Position numbers and translations under genes: made by a program | Shown: positions 61,884 through 64,000 of the stretch, one piece after another | How the letters are laid out: each line of letters starts with the position of its first letter | Position numbering within the stretch: position 1 is the first letter of the stretch | The notes under the pieces: model-generated | Database searches by the model: none | Told to the model about the DNA's origin: nothing | The model's input: only the letters and a program-made list of their open reading frames with translations | Assembly: GCA_950097015.1 (NCBI GenBank) | Contig: CATNEN010000001.1 | Location: 5,704,001-5,768,000, forward strand | Direction of reading: 5' to 3' | Origin: Macrostomum hystrix | Lineage: Eukaryota > Animalia > Platyhelminthes | Length of the DNA stretch: 64,000 nucleotides

Positions 61884-63814
61884 CTGATCATATCTAAAGC
61901 TGCTATCTAAATTTGCTATCTATTTAACACACATTTGGTGTACTGTTTTTAATTTCATTTTGGTATATGGTTTTGTATCGTATATGGGGCCATATAGTGC
62001 GTACTCAATGGAAATGGTTGCAAGTAAAAAATGCGGAAAAAAGTTTATCCTACATCAACCATCGAATAATTCGAGTGTGACGTTTATCTACTCGGAATGC
62101 CACCAGACGAAGGAAGGCATCTTTGAGTTTTTTTAAAGGCTTTTTTACTCACAAATTCTTCAGGGATATAGTCTGAACTGCTAATTGATCATTTTAAGTT
62201 TTACCTGGCTAACTCAGCTTGCTAACAAAGCCAAATTTGTGTTTAACTTTGCCTTGAGAGAGTATCGAGTCAGACAAACCACATTTCAAATTTATTTTAT
62301 TCATCCATTTTGTCCGAAAGTGATTTCTTTGTTTACAAAAAAATTTTTGTACAAAAGACAAAAAACGTCACTCAAGGCAGTTCCAGCTACTTAGTTTTGT
62401 ATCCCAGTAGCATGCCCAAAGCCGCGTCTGAAGAACACGAGACAACACTGTTCATTTTGCTGGTCTTGTTTTTGTTTTAATTTTCTCTGCAAGGAATAAA
62501 TCTCAGAGTGCTACACATTTGCAAATATTTTCTGTTTCAAATTCCTCGCTCGGTGCTAGTAACATCCAGGGATTAGTGTTATGCCGCTGTTCGTTTTGTT
62601 CATTTCAATCAAATAAATTCCTTTCTGGAATGTGACAGCCTAGACCATAAGGAGACAGGACCAATATCAAATTACTGTATTGAAAATATGTTTTCCTTCT
62701 ATGGTCTATGGTCTATGGCTATCGGGTATCGTCAACGGCTACTACTGCTAGTAGTAGCCCTGAAATGAACTACAACCTAGCTACGGCCAATAAGCAATGT
62801 AAAATTGTGTAATAAATTGATTATTTACAAGTTAAAAAGCGTTGAAATCAAGATGTCTATTGAGAGATAACTTATTTATTACACTAAGAGAAAAAAACTA
62901 ATTAGTATTTTACAATCCAGGGAAATTTTTCGCTTAAAAACTTGTAAAAGATAAAAAAATACTCAGTATTTTTCGCGTTGGACAAGTTTGAAAGAAGAAG
63001 ATTTTGATAATCAAACCAGTTCCGTTCATTCGTGCGTTAATTCAGAAGGAGGTCGAGAACACGCCAACGAAAGCCCTGAGTATAACTACTAACTGGGGGG
63101 ATTAACAGCCGTTATAATACTATTCATGCAATCCGAGCCAAAATCTTAACAGCTGTGTCTGCAAAGTCACTGCTAAAGATCTGTCTTAAAATTTAAAATA
63201 AAAGCTTAGGACAAAGAGAAAAGGAAATCTAATAACTGTAGTTCAATTATTTGCGAAGCAAAAAAAGACTTAAGCAATCTGCCATGCCATGTCTCTACTC
63301 ACCTTCTAATTGAACTGAGCAAACGTACCAAATCGTGCCTTCGTAAGCACTTGCACATTGTTAACATTTTATGCCACACTCACGAATTAGTAGGAGATTA
63401 TAAGAAATTTGAATTTGGTAGGAATTACCTGTCAAAACCTTTCGTGTGCTTTTGTCGCTTTTCTTCACCGTCGCGTTTCTTGTCTATGGCCTTAACCGTA
63501 TTCATACAGTGTTTCCGACTATTTCCCACTGATTATTCATTGTCTATGGCACTAACGGATTCTAGCAGTGTCCATGCTGGAGTTCGATTGCCTATAGCAA
63601 ATCATATTCTGGCCATGAGTTTCAATCAAATAAACTTGTCTATGGTTAAACTGGGTCTAAGCATGTATGCGAAGGCGTGTGGGCTTATAATAATAATAAT
63701 AATTGATTACACCTGCCCCAATTGGGTCAGATGTGCAGCCGACAGCACAGCCGCAGCTAATGCGCGGCGCATCTGAAGGCTGCGTACAGCTGTTCAGTCC
63801 ACGGACTGGGGGGA

Positions 63815-63995
63815 CGCCACACCCACCTTCAATTATCCCAGCTGATGCTGGTACCCATTTAACAGCTGGGTGAACTGAAGCAATGCAGAGTTAAGTTTCT
63901 TGCTAAAGGACGCAAATTGTTCCAGTGGAGTCGGGAATCGAACCCCCGACCTTCAAGTCGTGAGTCCGACGCCCTAACCACTAGGCTACAACCTC
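63815..63995 (-). mobile_element. SINE family A, best-preserved copy
   Basis: A box TAGCCTAGTGG, B box GGTTCGATTCC, CORE-like body. Confidence 0.85.
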
Positions 63996-64000
63996 TGCTC

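Noticed and set aside
63040-63100. AACACGCCAACGAAAGCC shared with ~61415, a possible Penelope hammerhead remnant
   Set aside because: The CUGANGA core is absent; too short to call more than a dispersed repeat fragment.
63900-63995. tRNA gene
   Set aside because: The tRNA-like head continues into a repeated SINE body and lacks a proper acceptor stem.

Overview
Eukaryotic invertebrate genomic DNA with GT-AG introns and many transposons. The style suggests a free-living flatworm such as Macrostomum, but that is inference only. The left half (1-28.5 kb) is an accessory region. It holds a decayed Ty3/Gypsy element (gag, a protease vestige and a class III gB-like env, but no RT/RNase H/integrase), split by an internally deleted Loa-type LINE. 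That LINE's 5' end folds as an HDV-like ribozyme followed by three covarying structured repeats. The left half also has a young Loa-type LINE with intact ORF2, further Gypsy/LINE relics, and a tandem family of two-exon secreted WSC+PAN genes (2 intact, 1 pseudogene, 1 orphan exon). The right half holds host genes: MGAT1, a divergent class A GPCR, a PLP-dependent class V (Egt2/LCD/IPN-epimerase-like) lyase, a DEG/ENaC channel and a large unrecognised multi-exon gene. It also contains a Tc1 deletion derivative, satellites and two tRNA-derived SINE families. Both SINE copies with a resolvable target-site duplication sit exactly on splice junctions and duplicate them. Exon models and RNA folds were derived by hand and need computational confirmation.
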